A stretch of 64,000 nucleotides of DNA from Vulcanimicrobiales bacterium (GCA_038231455.1 JBBRLI010000009.1:1-64000); one strand, 5' to 3'; counted from the stretch's first letter, positions 36,271 to 47,699 are shown. Numbers and translations are program-made. The notes: generated from the letters alone by a model not told the origin.

Positions 36271-38010
36271 ATGCGCGCGCGCTATACGCTTGCGCTCGGC
36301 GTGATCGCGCTTGTCGCGCTGGTCCAATTCGTGCTCATCTCACGTCTGATCGGCGACGGCAAACGCGTTGCGACGACGATCAATGTCGCGGGACGTCAAC
36401 GGATGTGGGACCAGCGCATCGCCTTGTATGCCCAGCGTGTGGTCGCGACGACCGATCCCGCGAGCCGTGCCGAGCGGCGCGGGGCGCTGCTCGATGCCGT
36501 CACGCAAATGGAATATCAAGGCGCGCAACTTGCTAGCGCCAATCCCGCGGTCAATCCGCCGGATTGGCCGCCTCCGTTGGTGCGCGCGTTGCTGGATACT
36601 GCGCCGACAAACCTGATTGCAAGCGAGCGCGCGTACTTCGCGCACGCGCGTGCGCTGGCTGCCGTGCCCGATGAAGCCTTGCGCGCCGATGCGCCCGATT
36701 TGACCTATATCCTCGATCACCAAGCCGCGATCTTGGCGAATCTCGATCGCGTCGTCAACGCCTACGTTGCCGACGGCGACGCCCGGCAGCAGCGTCTCCA
36801 GGTGAACGAACTCGTCACTTTTATCGTTCTCATCACGGCGCTCGGGATTTTGCTTTTCGTCGTCCTCGACCCGATGGAACGTCGCATCGACCAGCAGCAG
36901 AGCGTGTTACGGCGTGAAAACGCGAATCTCTCGCTCGTTGTTGCCGGCGCACGCGCGCTCTCCGAAACGCTCGAGATCGACGGCTTGCTCGCGCGTTTCC
37001 GCCAGAGCGCGGCACAAATGCTCGGCGTTCCCGTGCGGCTCCTGACCCTTGAGGATATCGCGCAACTGCACGAAGCCAAACGCGATTTGGTCGGGACGGC
37101 CATGGTCTCACCGCACGTCATTCTTGCAGAAAACGCATCCGTTATCGCGATGGCGATCGATGCCTACGGCGGCTCACCCGCCGTCGCCATGATCGCCGAA
37201 CACCCAACCCGCTTCCGAACGATGGAAATCTCAGCGCTCGAACTCTTCGCAGCCAATCTCCGCCTCGCCGCCTACAACGCGCGGCTCTTTGCCGAAGTTC
37301 ACGACCGCCAACTGCGCGTGGCGGAACTCGACAAGCTCAAGAGCGATCTCATCGCGATGCTCGCACACGACTTCCGCAGTCCCCTCACCAGCATCATCGG
37401 CTTTGCGGAACTCCTCAAAGAAGGCTTCATCAAACCCGAAGACATCGGCGATACGGCCGATTCGATTGCTGCCGCCGCGTGGAGGCTGACGTCGCTTGCC
37501 TCGGATACCCTCACGATGGCCCAACTCGAACGCAACGAAGTTACGCTCGAGCGCTCGCAGCTCGACATTAAAGATCTGTTGATCGATGCTGCGGGCGACG
37601 TCGTGAAACAGCGGGCGGTTCGGATTGAAGGCGAGGGCGCGACGGTCCTCGGCGATCCGCGGCGACTACGCCAAGTCTTCGACAACCTCTTGAGTAATGC
37701 GATCAAATATTCGCCCGGTAACGATCCGATCGTGGTGCGGCTCACGCAGCGTGCTGCAAGCGTTGCAATTGAGGTGATCGACACCGGTATCGGCATTCCG
37801 GCCGCTGAAGTCGATCGCATTTTCGATCGCTTCGCGCGTGGCTCGAACGCGCGTCAAGCCAAGATCAAAGGGACGGGGTTCGGTCTGTATTTGAGTAAAA
37901 TGCTCGTGGAGTTGCACGGCGGCGCGATCTCCGTGATGAGTCGCGAGGGGGTCGGGAGTACGTTTACGATTACACTCCCAACGCTCGACCGAGCGCCGGC
38001 GCTCGTTTAA
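36271..38010 (+). CDS. Sensor histidine kinase with NarX/PilJ-like sensor domain
   Basis: Two TM segments; INVAGRQRM (P-box-like); H-box AHDFRSPL; N-box NLLSNAIKYS; DTGIGI; GTGFGL. Confidence 0.9.
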   Translation: MRARYTLALGVIALVALVQFVLISRLIGDGKRVATTINVAGRQRMWDQRIALYAQRVVATTDPASRAERRGALLDAVTQMEYQGAQLASANPAVNPPDWPPPLVRALLDTAPTNLIASERAYFAHARALAAVPDEALRADAPDLTYILDHQAAILANLDRVVNAYVADGDARQQRLQVNELVTFIVLITALGILLFVVLDPMERRIDQQQSVLRRENANLSLVVAGARALSETLEIDGLLARFRQSAAQMLGVPVRLLTLEDIAQLHEAKRDLVGTAMVSPHVILAENASVIAMAIDAYGGSPAVAMIAEHPTRFRTMEISALELFAANLRLAAYNARLFAEVHDRQLRVAELDKLKSDLIAMLAHDFRSPLTSIIGFAELLKEGFIKPEDIGDTADSIAAAAWRLTSLASDTLTMAQLERNEVTLERSQLDIKDLLIDAAGDVVKQRAVRIEGEGATVLGDPRRLRQVFDNLLSNAIKYSPGNDPIVVRLTQRAASVAIEVIDTGIGIPAAEVDRIFDRFARGSNARQAKIKGTGFGLYLSKMLVELHGGAISVMSREGVGSTFTITLPTLDRAPALV

Positions 38011-39881
38011 ACCAGCGTCGCGCGCCGACGCAGCGAGAGGGTCAGCTGAATGCGCGTTCCGACGGTACTCTCGCTGATCTCGACGCCGTCCATTAGCGAT
38101 CGCATGAGCGGGATGCCGCGGCCACTGTCACTCATGCGCGCGTCGCGCCACGAGCCGTCGTCGTCAATCTCGACGATGACGACGCCGTCGACGGTGCGCG
38201 CGTGGACGCGAAACTCGCCGGCGCGAGCATCGACGTACGCGTGCTCGATGGCATTGCCGATCGCTTCGCCCGCGCAGAGGAGCAGGTCGAAACGCCGTTC
38301 GGCGTTGAGGGGAATGCCTTCGATATAGCGCCGCAGCGCGTTGCGCGCGGCCGCGGCGCTCGGACCCAGAGCCGGGAGTGCGATTTCAAATGGCCCGATC
38401 GTCTGCGCCAGGCGGATCGTCATGATCGCCGCGTCGTCGCTGCGTTCGTATTCGGCGAGCACGCTTTCGTAGATGGCGCGTGCCGGATCGTCGACTTGCT
38501 GCGCGTGCGCAACCTCGATCGCGCGATGCAGCCGCGCGGTTCCTTCGATCACATCGCGCGAGAACTCGATGAATCCGTCGGTGTAGAGCACGAGCGTTGC
38601 CCCCGCATCGAGCAGCGCGACTTCGGTGATCGGGTCGTAGTCATCGAAGATGCCAAGCGGAGCGCCTGCGACTCCGAGTGTTTCGACGGATCCCGAGTTG
38701 CCGCCGACGAGCGGCACGGGATGTCCGGCAGATGCGTAGCGGAATTCAAGCGTGATCGGATCGAGCACGCCGAAGATCGCCGTCACCATGGTCGGCGTCT
38801 CGGACCGTACCAAAAGACGATTCGCGCGGAAGAGCACGGACCCCGGATCCGCATCTTCATAGGCCGCGGCACGGAGCGATTGGCGAACGAGATTCATCGT
38901 GACCGCCGCCGTAATCCCGCGCCCGCTGACATCGCCGACGGAAACGCCGATGCGGCCGTCATCGAGCAGAAACGCATCGAACCAGTCGCCGCCGACATCG
39001 TCGCCGCGCGAGCCCGGGAGGTAGGCTGTTGAAATTTTCACGCCGTCTACGCATGGAACGTCGCGTGGAAGAAGGGCTTGCTGCAACGTTGCTGCGACGC
39101 CGCGTTCGCTCTCGCGATTGCGTTCGAGCGGGCGTACGCGATCGGCGACGATGCGTCGGCGCCGATCGACGAACGTCACTAAGAGAACGACGAGGATCAG
39201 CGCGAGCGAAACGATTCCGATCATGAGAGGCAGCCCAAGATCGGTGGACGCGGCGCTGACCTCCATGCTCGAGACATCGATCGTATGGAGGGCGACGTAA
39301 TGCACGCCGACAATCGCACCGCCGAGCAACAATGCGGCAAGGGTCCGAACCGCTCGTGCCCGCGCACTCCGCTCGTCGCGCACGCGGAAGGCGAGCACGA
39401 GCGCGCCGAACGTTGCGATGCTCGTCGCGACGGACGCCGCAACGAGAAAGAGCCACGAGTCGGCTCCGATGCCGCTGACCTGCATTGCGGCAAGTCCCAT
39501 CTCGTGCATCGCAACGACGCCGCCGCCGACGATGATGCTGGCGCCGGCAAGCGAAATCCGATCGCCGTTCGTTGGCCCGGCAATCGAGAGTGCGATTGCG
39601 GTCGCTGCGATCGCCGCGATACACGATGCAATCACAAGCGTCGCATCGTAGTGGACGACGACCGACATCCGGTACGCTGCCATCGCCATGTAGTGCGTCG
39701 CCCACACGCCCGTTCCAAGTGCGAGTGAGCCGAAGCCGATCCAGAGCGAGCGCACGCGAGCGGAACTTGCGAAGCCGCGGGCCGCGAGTTCGAGAAACGC
39801 ATAGGAGGCCGCGATGGCAATCGCAACCGAGAGAACGACGAGTCCGATATCGTACGGGACGGGGACGGAAGGAGCCGTCAT
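38007..39881 (-). CDS. MHYT sensor / SpoIIE (PP2C) phosphatase / HATPase_c fusion
   Basis: Multi-TM region with THYM, MHEM and VHYV motifs; VGGDWFD, GDVSGRG, SAGHP, YTDG, DD; EAIGNAIEHAY, GRGI. Confidence 0.88.
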   Translation of the reverse strand: MTAPSVPVPYDIGLVVLSVAIAIAASYAFLELAARGFASSARVRSLWIGFGSLALGTGVWATHYMAMAAYRMSVVVHYDATLVIASCIAAIAATAIALSIAGPTNGDRISLAGASIIVGGGVVAMHEMGLAAMQVSGIGADSWLFLVAASVATSIATFGALVLAFRVRDERSARARAVRTLAALLLGGAIVGVHYVALHTIDVSSMEVSAASTDLGLPLMIGIVSLALILVVLLVTFVDRRRRIVADRVRPLERNRESERGVAATLQQALLPRDVPCVDGVKISTAYLPGSRGDDVGGDWFDAFLLDDGRIGVSVGDVSGRGITAAVTMNLVRQSLRAAAYEDADPGSVLFRANRLLVRSETPTMVTAIFGVLDPITLEFRYASAGHPVPLVGGNSGSVETLGVAGAPLGIFDDYDPITEVALLDAGATLVLYTDGFIEFSRDVIEGTARLHRAIEVAHAQQVDDPARAIYESVLAEYERSDDAAIMTIRLAQTIGPFEIALPALGPSAAAARNALRRYIEGIPLNAERRFDLLLCAGEAIGNAIEHAYVDARAGEFRVHARTVDGVVIVEIDDDGSWRDARMSDSGRGIPLMRSLMDGVEISESTVGTRIQLTLSLRRRATLV

Positions 39882-39977
39882 TATGCTTAGGATTGCGCCT
39901 GGGGCGCAACTCTCCCATCGACTCGTGTTGCCGAACGGTTAAGCTTCGATCTCGAAACGGCTTTGTAACGGCTTGTT

Positions 39978-40020
39978 AAAAAAGAAAAAGCAGGTCGCGC
40001 CGTGTGGCGCGCCTGCTTTT
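39978..40020 (-). terminator. Intrinsic terminator after hppA
   Basis: AAAAGCAGG-T-CGCGCC-GTGT-GGCGCG-CCTGCTTTT, with a long T run on the minus strand. Confidence 0.8.
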
Positions 40021-40037
40021 ACTTGGGACCTTCTCGA

Positions 40038-42167
40038 CTAGTGGACGAGGAAGCCGACGAGCAGCAGTGCGACGATGTTGAGCACTTTAATCATCGGATT
40101 GATCGCGGGTCCGGCGGTATCTTTATAGGGATCGCCGACGGTATCGCCGGTGACGGCAGCCGCATGAGCGAGCGAGCCTTTCCCACCGTGATGACCGTCT
40201 TCGATGTATTTCTTCGCGTTATCCCAGGCGCCGCCGCCGCTGGTCATAGAGATCGCAACGAAGAGACCCGTGACGATCGAACCAACGAGGATGCCGCCCA
40301 TCATCTGCGCTGCACTATTACCGTTGAGCACGTGCACGACCGAGAGCAGCACGACGAGGACCGGAACGCCGAGCGGAATCATCGCGGGCAGCACCATTTC
40401 TTTGAGTGCCGCGCGCGTCACGATGTCGACCGTCGTGCCGTAGTCGGGTTTTTGCGTGCCGGTCATGATGCCGGGCATCTCGCGGAACTGACGCCGAACT
40501 TCTTCGACGACCGAACCCGCTGCGCGCCCGACTGACTCCATCGAGAGCGATGCGAAGAGATACGGCAGCAAGCCGCCCACGAGCAGTCCGGTCAGCACGT
40601 ACGGGTTGTCGATGCCAAACGTGATGGGATTGGTCGAACAGGCAAGCGACGTGTCGCCTTTGCACTTGTCGCTGAGTTCTTGCACGAAGGATGCAAAGAG
40701 CACGACGGCCGCAAGACCGGCCGAGCCGATTGCATAGCCTTTGGTGACGGCTTTGGTCGTGTTACCAACCGCGTCGAGCGGGTCGGTTACATCGCGAACT
40801 TCTTTTGGCATCTCGGCCATTTCCGCGATGCCGCCGGCGTTGTCGGTGATCGGTCCGAAGGAGTCGATGGCAACGATGATCCCGGCCATCGAGAGCATCG
40901 ACATGACCGCGATTCCGACGCCGTAAAGTCCGGCAAACGAGAACGAGACCAGAATACCGACGACGATGACGATCGCCGGAAGGGCGGTTGCCTGCATCGA
41001 GACCGCAAGGCCCGCGATCATGTTTGTTGCATGACCGGTAAGTGAGGCTTTCGCGATATTTTTGACTGGCGCGAACTGCGTACCGGTGTAATACTCGGTG
41101 ATGTAGGTGAGTAAGCCCGTCACGAAGAGACCGACGAGCGAACAGACGAACACGCCCCATGCGGTGATGACTTGCCCGCTTGCGAGCGTTGCATCGCCGA
41201 GGAACTCTTGTTTGGTCACAAAGTAGAAGGCGATCGCTGAGAGCACGCCCGCGCCGATGAGCCCAGCGTAGAGCGCGTTCATGATCGAGCCGCGCGCGTT
41301 ATTCCCCATGCGTACGAAGAACGTGCCGATGATCGAGGCCACGATCGAGACCGCGCCCAGAATCAACGGGAACGTCACGGCGCCCGGAAATTTGCCGAGG
41401 ACGAGGTGCCCGAGCAGCATCGCCGCGATCGTCGTGACGACGTACGTCTCGAACAAATCGGCGGCCATCCCGGCGCAGTCGCCGACGTTATCGCCGACGT
41501 TGTCCGCAATCACGGCTGGGTTACGCGGATCGTCTTCCGGAATTCCGGCTTCGACTTTACCGACGAGATCCGCACCGACGTCGGCGGCTTTGGTGAAGAT
41601 GCCGCCGCCAAGACGCGCGAACACGGAGATGAGCGAACAGCCGAAGGCAAGGCCGATCATCGCGGCGAGCGACTCGGATTCGGGTGATGCGTGCGATGCG
41701 TTGATCTGCATCGTGATCGCATAGTAGCCGCTGACGGCAAAGAGTCCTAAGCCGACGACGAGCAAACCCGTGACCGCGCCGCCTTTGAACGCAAGATTGA
41801 GCGCCGGTGCAAGACCGCCGCGTGCCGCCTCAGCCGTGCGCACGTTGGCGCGCACCGAGACGATCATGCCGATAAATCCCGCCGCACCCGAGAGGACGGC
41901 GCCGATCACGAAACCGACAGCGGCTTCCCAACCCAGTGGCGCGGGTGCGATGCCGATTACGATCGCAAGAATCGCCGCGACGATCGCGACCGTCGTGTAT
42001 TGCCGTTTGAGGAACGCCATCGCGCCCTCTTGAATTGCGCGCGCGATTTCTTGCATGCGCTCGTTCCCGGCCGGCTGCCGGAGTACCCAGAAAATCAGGT
42101 AGATGCCATATACGATGGCAAGGACTCCGGCCCCAAGGCCGAGGTCGATCGCTAGACTCGAATCCAC
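40038..42167 (-). CDS. hppA: Membrane-bound proton-translocating pyrophosphatase (K+-independent type)
   Basis: [66 protein letters not shown] start at 42167 behind AAGGA. Confidence 0.96.
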   Translation of the reverse strand: MDSSLAIDLGLGAGVLAIVYGIYLIFWVLRQPAGNERMQEIARAIQEGAMAFLKRQYTTVAIVAAILAIVIGIAPAPLGWEAAVGFVIGAVLSGAAGFIGMIVSVRANVRTAEAARGGLAPALNLAFKGGAVTGLLVVGLGLFAVSGYYAITMQINASHASPESESLAAMIGLAFGCSLISVFARLGGGIFTKAADVGADLVGKVEAGIPEDDPRNPAVIADNVGDNVGDCAGMAADLFETYVVTTIAAMLLGHLVLGKFPGAVTFPLILGAVSIVASIIGTFFVRMGNNARGSIMNALYAGLIGAGVLSAIAFYFVTKQEFLGDATLASGQVITAWGVFVCSLVGLFVTGLLTYITEYYTGTQFAPVKNIAKASLTGHATNMIAGLAVSMQATALPAIVIVVGILVSFSFAGLYGVGIAVMSMLSMAGIIVAIDSFGPITDNAGGIAEMAEMPKEVRDVTDPLDAVGNTTKAVTKGYAIGSAGLAAVVLFASFVQELSDKCKGDTSLACSTNPITFGIDNPYVLTGLLVGGLLPYLFASLSMESVGRAAGSVVEEVRRQFREMPGIMTGTQKPDYGTTVDIVTRAALKEMVLPAMIPLGVPVLVVLLSVVHVLNGNSAAQMMGGILVGSIVTGLFVAISMTSGGGAWDNAKKYIEDGHHGGKGSLAHAAAVTGDTVGDPYKDTAGPAINPMIKVLNIVALLLVGFLVH

Positions 42168-42317
42168 ACGTATCCTTAAAATGAGTGAAATGCGCAAAAA
42201 AGTCCGGGACAGGGTTGTTGGAACTTTTTGCCACAAACGTTGGTCCCCGTTGAAAATCAGTCCTGCGCCAGCGTCCACCCGTAAGGGACGATGTGCGGCT
42301 ACGCGAATGTCGCCTGC

Positions 42318-43511
42318 ATGGAATCGACCGAGCTTTTGATCGTCGGATGCGGCCCCGCGGGTGGAACGGCGGCACGCGAAGCCGCACGCGCGGGCGTGCA
42401 AACCATTGTCCTGGAGCGCGATCCCATCGTCGGCGAAAAGCGCGTGTGCGCGGCCGGACTGCGGCCGGGCTTTTGCAGCGACTTCGATCTGCCGCGTTCG
42501 ATCGTGCATTTGGATCCGCCGACGATCACGCTCACGACGAAGCGCGGGACGTATGCCTTCGCCGTCGGTCCGGCGCATACGACCACGCGTGAAGAACTCG
42601 ACGGCACGATCGCGATGCTCGCGCGACACGAAGGCGCCGAGATTCGCACGAACAGTCTCTTTCGCACGCTCGAGCGCGACGGCGATGGCTATGTCATCGA
42701 GTATGCGGACTATCAAGCCGGAACACGCAAGAAGGTGCGCGCACGCCACGTCTTGCTGGCGCAAGGCTCGAGTGCGCGGCTCGATCCGATCGACGCGCGC
42801 TTCGCTTATCCGGCGTGGAGCGACGGACTGATCACCTGCTTTCAGTATCGCGTGTATCCCGAGCAGCCCGCGATCGCGCAAACGTATCGCACCCTCGAAA
42901 TGCATTACTACGCAACGGCCGGCGGGCGCCCCGTCATCGCCTGGATGTTTCCCAAGCGCGACCATCTCTCGATCGGACTTGGTATTCAAGGAAAGATCGG
43001 CGGGGCGGAATTACGCGCGGAACTCGATGCCTTTTTGCCGACCGTGCAGGCACGGCTCTTTCCCGCGATTCGGTACACGACGCGCGATGAGGGCAATTTA
43101 CTCTACGGAGGTCTGCCGCGTCCCACGATCGGCGCCGACGGCTTGATGGTCGCGGGAACGGCGGCGGGGCTGGTCGATGCAACCACGGGTGAGGGCATTC
43201 ACGAAGCAGCGACCACGGGCCGGTACGCTGCTGCCGCCGTTGCGCGCGTCCGTGGCGGGGGTGACGCGACACCGTATTACGTTGCAGCGACCAAGAAAGC
43301 GTTCTACGGCCGTCTCCGTCACCGGCAAAAGTTGATGGCATTTCTCGAACGCAAGCCGGCTCGATTCGATGTCCTCTTCCGTCAACTGGAGACGACGCCG
43401 CGCTTTGCAGAGCTTTTACAGCACGACCGGAATGATTTCACACCTGCGCAGTGGATGTATCTCTACTCCCAAGCCGCGCGGTTTTCGCTAGCGGCTTTGC
43501 GCGCGTCCTAA
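42318..43511 (+). CDS. Geranylgeranyl reductase-family FAD-dependent oxidoreductase
   Basis: [39 protein letters not shown]. Confidence 0.82.
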   Translation: MESTELLIVGCGPAGGTAAREAARAGVQTIVLERDPIVGEKRVCAAGLRPGFCSDFDLPRSIVHLDPPTITLTTKRGTYAFAVGPAHTTTREELDGTIAMLARHEGAEIRTNSLFRTLERDGDGYVIEYADYQAGTRKKVRARHVLLAQGSSARLDPIDARFAYPAWSDGLITCFQYRVYPEQPAIAQTYRTLEMHYYATAGGRPVIAWMFPKRDHLSIGLGIQGKIGGAELRAELDAFLPTVQARLFPAIRYTTRDEGNLLYGGLPRPTIGADGLMVAGTAAGLVDATTGEGIHEAATTGRYAAAAVARVRGGGDATPYYVAATKKAFYGRLRHRQKLMAFLERKPARFDVLFRQLETTPRFAELLQHDRNDFTPAQWMYLYSQAARFSLAALRAS

Positions 43512-43519
43512 GGGGTTCG

Positions 43520-44539
43520 ATGATCCGATTTCTGGTCGACCGCGTGATCCGGTTGCTGGCAGTGCTCGCGACGATCACGGTTGCCAGCTTTTTGTTTATG
43601 CACGCGATCCCCGGCGATCCCGCCGTGATCCGCCTGGGCGAGCATGCAAGCGCCGCCGAAGTCGCAGCGCTTAAAGCAGAACTCGGACTCGACCGGCCGC
43701 TCTACGTGCAGCTCGGTGCCTACCTCCTCGCCGTCTTACACGGCGACTTGGGGCGATCGGTCGTCGACGCGCAGCCGGTCCTTAGCAAACTTGCGGCCTA
43801 CTTTCCCGCAACACTCGAGCTCACGCTCGGCGCCCTCCTCGTCGCCGTGCTCCTCGGTATTCCGGCCGGTGTTTTTGCGGCCGTCCGTCACCGGACCGCG
43901 GCCGACGCGCTCACGATGAGCCTCGTCCTGCTCGGGGTCTCGATCCCGGTCTTTTGGCTCGGCTGGATGCTGGTGTACCTGCTGGCGGTCCTGCCGACGC
44001 ACGCGGGCTTGAATCTCTTTCCGATCAGCGGCCGCATCTCACTTGCGTATGTCATTCCGCCGAAGACTCATTTGGTGGTACTCGATTCGCTTTTGGCCGG
44101 GAACGGCCGGGCTGCAGGCGACGCACTGTGGCATCTCATTCTTCCTGCGCTCACGCTTGGGACGATTCCGCTTGCCATCGTCGCAAAGATTACGCGCAGC
44201 GGAATGCTCGACGTGCTCGCTAGCGACTACATCCGCACGGCGCGCGCCAAAGGGCTCGCTGAAGGCGTGGTGATTTTCCGGCATGCGCTACGCAACGCGC
44301 TCATCCCGATCATCACGATCGTCGGACTGCAGATGGGCCTCTTGCTGGGCGGCGCCGTCTTGACCGAATCGATTTTCGCCTGGCCCGGCGTCGGACGGCT
44401 TACCTTCGATGCGATCTCCAATCGGGATATGCCGCTGATCAACGGCTGCATGTTGCTCTTCGCCGCGGTTTTCGTGCTCGTCAATACGATCGTCGATCTG
44501 CTCTACGCCGCGGCCAATCCCCGCATCCGTTATTCATAG
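43520..44539 (+). CDS. Peptide/nickel ABC transporter permease (DppB/OppB type)
   Basis: IPGDPA, LGLDRPL, HGDLGRS, FPATLEL, DYIRTARAKG, HALRNA, ESIFAWPGVG. Confidence 0.92.
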   Translation: MIRFLVDRVIRLLAVLATITVASFLFMHAIPGDPAVIRLGEHASAAEVAALKAELGLDRPLYVQLGAYLLAVLHGDLGRSVVDAQPVLSKLAAYFPATLELTLGALLVAVLLGIPAGVFAAVRHRTAADALTMSLVLLGVSIPVFWLGWMLVYLLAVLPTHAGLNLFPISGRISLAYVIPPKTHLVVLDSLLAGNGRAAGDALWHLILPALTLGTIPLAIVAKITRSGMLDVLASDYIRTARAKGLAEGVVIFRHALRNALIPIITIVGLQMGLLLGGAVLTESIFAWPGVGRLTFDAISNRDMPLINGCMLLFAAVFVLVNTIVDLLYAAANPRIRYS

Positions 44540-44542
44540 CTC

Positions 44543-45394
44543 GTGTCGTTCGAAATTACGGTCGATGACTTCCGCGCGATCCGCGACCTGATCCGCGCGC
44601 GCTTCGGTATCTACTACGACGACGCAAAACAATTCTTGCTCCTCTCGCGGCTGCAGACGCGCCTGGTCAAGCGCGGCCTCGATGGCTACGGCGCCTACGT
44701 AAAATTCCTCCAATCGAACCCGCAGCGCGAGACGGAGTGGTTCGAACTCGCCTCCGTTCTCTCCAACAACGAAACGTATTTCTTTCGCGAACGCGCGCAG
44801 TTGCGTTCGCTCGTCGGCGATATTCTCACCGAACTGCAGGCGCATTCGCCGCGCCTCAAGTTGTGGTCGGCGGCGTGTTCCTCGGGCGAGGAACCGTATT
44901 CGCTTGCGATGACGCTGCTCGAGAGCGGGCGGATCGCGGAAAATCAGATTTCGATCGTCGCAACGGATATCTCGCAGCGGGTCCTGGATCTCGCTCAGAA
45001 AGGCTTCTACCGCGCGCTCTCGTTCCGCGCAACGGAACCCGCGATGATCCAAAAGTTTTTTAGCCCGCTGGGCGACGGCTTCGTTTTGAGCGAGCGCATC
45101 CGCAAGATGGTCGCGTTCTCGACGCTCAACTTGATGGATGCGAATACGATCGCCGCGCAAGGCCCGCTCGATGCGATTTTCTGTCGTAACGTCCTGATTT
45201 ATTTTGATAAACCGACGCAGAAGCGCGTCGTCGAAGCGTTTGCCAAGGCGCTGCGTCCCGGAGGGTATCTGTTCTTGGGCCACGCCGAATCGCTCTTCCA
45301 TCTAACCGACGTGTTCGAACCGGTCGTGCAACCCGAGACGATCGTCTACCGCGTGCGGGCCGTCGTGCCCGCCGCTGCGAGCGCGCGCGCGTGA
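44543..45394 (+). CDS. cheR: Chemotaxis methyltransferase CheR
   Basis: NETYFFRE, WSAACSSGEEPYS, ATDIS, IFCRNVLIYF, LFLGHAE. Confidence 0.95.
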   Translation: MSFEITVDDFRAIRDLIRARFGIYYDDAKQFLLLSRLQTRLVKRGLDGYGAYVKFLQSNPQRETEWFELASVLSNNETYFFRERAQLRSLVGDILTELQAHSPRLKLWSAACSSGEEPYSLAMTLLESGRIAENQISIVATDISQRVLDLAQKGFYRALSFRATEPAMIQKFFSPLGDGFVLSERIRKMVAFSTLNLMDANTIAAQGPLDAIFCRNVLIYFDKPTQKRVVEAFAKALRPGGYLFLGHAESLFHLTDVFEPVVQPETIVYRVRAVVPAAASARA

Positions 45395-46500
45395 GCGTTG
45401 AAATTCACGTTCTCGTCGTCGATGACTCGGCGTTCATGCGCCGCGCCATCCAAAAGATGTGCGAGAAGGAACCCGATCTCAAAGTCATCGCGACAGCGAC
45501 CAGCGGTGAAGAAGGCGTCGAGAAAGCCGCGCTGCTCAAACCCGATGTGATCACGATGGACGTCGAGATGCCGGGAATGGGTGGACTCGAGGCCGCGCGG
45601 ACGCTGACGAGTCGCGGTGGTCCGCCGATCATCATGATCAGTTCGCTCACGCGCGAAGGCGCGGAGACGACGTTACAGGCGCTCGAAATCGGTGCCGTCG
45701 ATTTCATTCCCAAACCCGATTCCGCGTTCATCGACATTCTCAAAGTGCAGCGCGAACTCGTCGAAAAAATTCGCCACTTCGGCACGCGCAGCGCGTACTT
45801 ACGTGCCAATCGCGGGAAGACGATTCCAAGCGCGCGACCGCAAGCGACGATCGCCCCCGCGATTCCGCTCGCGCCGCCCGCGACGCCGCGCGCGGTTGGC
45901 CCGCGAACGGCGAAGTTCGAATGCGTCGCGCTCGGCACATCGACCGGCGGTCCCGTCGCACTCTCGCAAATCATTCCGAAGCTTCCGAAAGATTTTCCAA
46001 TCCCGATCATCGTCGTGCAGCACATGCCGCCGGGCTTCACGCGCCCGCTCTCCGAGCGGCTCAATGGCTCCAGTCAGATCGCCGTGGTCGAGGCGCAGAA
46101 CGGCACGATCTTGCGCGGCGGAACGGCGTATATCGCACCGGCCGGCCAACAGTTGACCCTGCGCCGCACGCCCCTCGGGGTCGAAATCGTGATCGGCCCC
46201 GACATCGCAAAGTCGCTCCACGTTCCGAGTGTCGATGTGATGGCCGCAGCGGTCGGTGAGACCTTTGGCGCCGGCGCGCTCGGCGTCATCCTTACCGGCA
46301 TGGGCCACGACGGCGTCGAGGGGCTGCGCGTGCTCAAAGGCGCGGGCGGTTTTGTCGTGGGACAAGATGAGGCAAGTTCCGTTGTGTATGGCATGCCGCG
46401 TGCGGCTGCCGTCGCCGGCTTGGTCGACCGGGTGGTGTCCTTAAGCGACGTCGCACGAACTCTTTGCGAACTTACCGGCACGGTGGTGCCCATCGTCTAG
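45391..46500 (+). CDS. cheB: Chemotaxis response regulator / methylesterase CheB
   Basis: REC domain (VDDS, MDVEMP, KP); GTSTGG, QHMP, LTGMGHDG, VYGMP. Confidence 0.96.
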   Translation: MSVEIHVLVVDDSAFMRRAIQKMCEKEPDLKVIATATSGEEGVEKAALLKPDVITMDVEMPGMGGLEAARTLTSRGGPPIIMISSLTREGAETTLQALEIGAVDFIPKPDSAFIDILKVQRELVEKIRHFGTRSAYLRANRGKTIPSARPQATIAPAIPLAPPATPRAVGPRTAKFECVALGTSTGGPVALSQIIPKLPKDFPIPIIVVQHMPPGFTRPLSERLNGSSQIAVVEAQNGTILRGGTAYIAPAGQQLTLRRTPLGVEIVIGPDIAKSLHVPSVDVMAAAVGETFGAGALGVILTGMGHDGVEGLRVLKGAGGFVVGQDEASSVVYGMPRAAAVAGLVDRVVSLSDVARTLCELTGTVVPIV

Positions 46501-47367
46501 GTGGACCGGGCGGCGCGGACGAACGAGACCTCACCCGTGAAGCTGCCGAGTGAAACGAACCGCTACGTCATCAGCGGTCACGAGTTAACTCGTGAAGAAA
46601 TCGTCCACAAGTATCTTCACCTGGTGAAGTATGTCGCCGGGCGTATTTCTATTAATCTCCCGCCGAACGTCGAGATCAACGATTTGATCAACGACGGGAT
46701 CCTCGGCCTGATCGATGCCATCGAGAAGTACGACGACGACCGCGGGGTCAAATTCGAGACGTACGCGATCACGCGCATCAACGGTGCGATCCTCGATGCG
46801 CTGCGGGCGCTCGACTGGGTTCCGCGCGCGGTGCGACAGCGTGCGCGCGAACTCGAACGCGTGTATCAGGAGCTTGAAGTCCAGCTCGGCCGTGCTGCAA
46901 CTGAAGAAGAAGTGGCCGAGCGAATGGGCCTAACGGTTAAAGAGCTCGACACGCTCATGCAGAAGATACGCGGGACGTCGGTCCTCTCGCTCGAGGAGTT
47001 TCTCCCGAACGAAAAAGGCTACGAGATCCCGCTCCTCGACACACTGCGCGACAGCGAAAACGACGTCACCAGTGCCGTCGAGACCCGCGAGATCAAAGCC
47101 GCCCTGGTCCGCGCTGTCGACGAACTCCCGCCCCAAGAACGCACCGTCATCTCCCTCTATTACTTCGAAGGCCTGACGCTCAAAGAGATCAAGAGCGCTC
47201 TCAACGTCTCGGAATCCCGGGTCTCGCAGATCCACGCTCAAGCAGTGATCCATCTCCGGGCCAAATTGAGAAATTTAACGGCCGATTTGGGTTATCGTGA
47301 GGGCGATCCCAACGTGAAGCAGAAATACTTACGCAAGACGCCCGAGTCCGGAGTGGGCGCGCCGTAG
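46501..47367 (+). CDS. fliA: FliA/WhiG family sigma-28 factor
   Basis: GLIDAIEKYD, KFETYA, ILDALRALDWVPR, VSESRVSQIH. Confidence 0.94.
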   Translation: MDRAARTNETSPVKLPSETNRYVISGHELTREEIVHKYLHLVKYVAGRISINLPPNVEINDLINDGILGLIDAIEKYDDDRGVKFETYAITRINGAILDALRALDWVPRAVRQRARELERVYQELEVQLGRAATEEEVAERMGLTVKELDTLMQKIRGTSVLSLEEFLPNEKGYEIPLLDTLRDSENDVTSAVETREIKAALVRAVDELPPQERTVISLYYFEGLTLKEIKSALNVSESRVSQIHAQAVIHLRAKLRNLTADLGYREGDPNVKQKYLRKTPESGVGAP

Positions 47368-47376
47368 GAGGCAAGG

Positions 47377-47697
47377 ATGTCGATCCGCCCGGCTGATATT
47401 CAAGCATCGATCTGGCAAGCGACCCAGACAGCCCCAATCAACGCCAAAGCTGAAGAAGCGCCCCATGCTGCTCAACTGAATGCGCAGGCATCGTTTGTTG
47501 CCGCCGTTCAAGAGCGTCAAGAGCGCATCAGCGACACGGGCAATGCGAGCGGCAACCGCGTCAACGCCCGGCCGGATCGCGAGCAGCAGGAGCAGCGCAA
47601 GAAACGTCCCCGTCAACCGGGCGAGCCTTTCGATGAAGTGATTCACGAGGCGGCCGGCGACTACGAGGGCGAGCACATCATCGACTACACGGCCTAG
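47377..47697 (+). CDS. Small flagellar-locus hypothetical protein
   Basis: RBS AGGAGG; MSIRPADIQ...GEHIIDYTA; directly after fliA. Confidence 0.75.
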   Translation: MSIRPADIQASIWQATQTAPINAKAEEAPHAAQLNAQASFVAAVQERQERISDTGNASGNRVNARPDREQQEQRKKRPRQPGEPFDEVIHEAAGDYEGEHIIDYTA

Positions 47698-47699
47698 CG

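Noticed and set aside
42168-42989. Apparent 274-aa N-terminal extension of hppA (983-aa ORF)
   Set aside because: Antisense to the reductase gene; a good RBS and GTG at 42167 give a normal-length PPase.
42318-43511. Assignment of either reductase as bchP/chlP (phototrophy)
   Set aside because: No photosynthesis genes nearby; family-level motifs do not specify the substrate.
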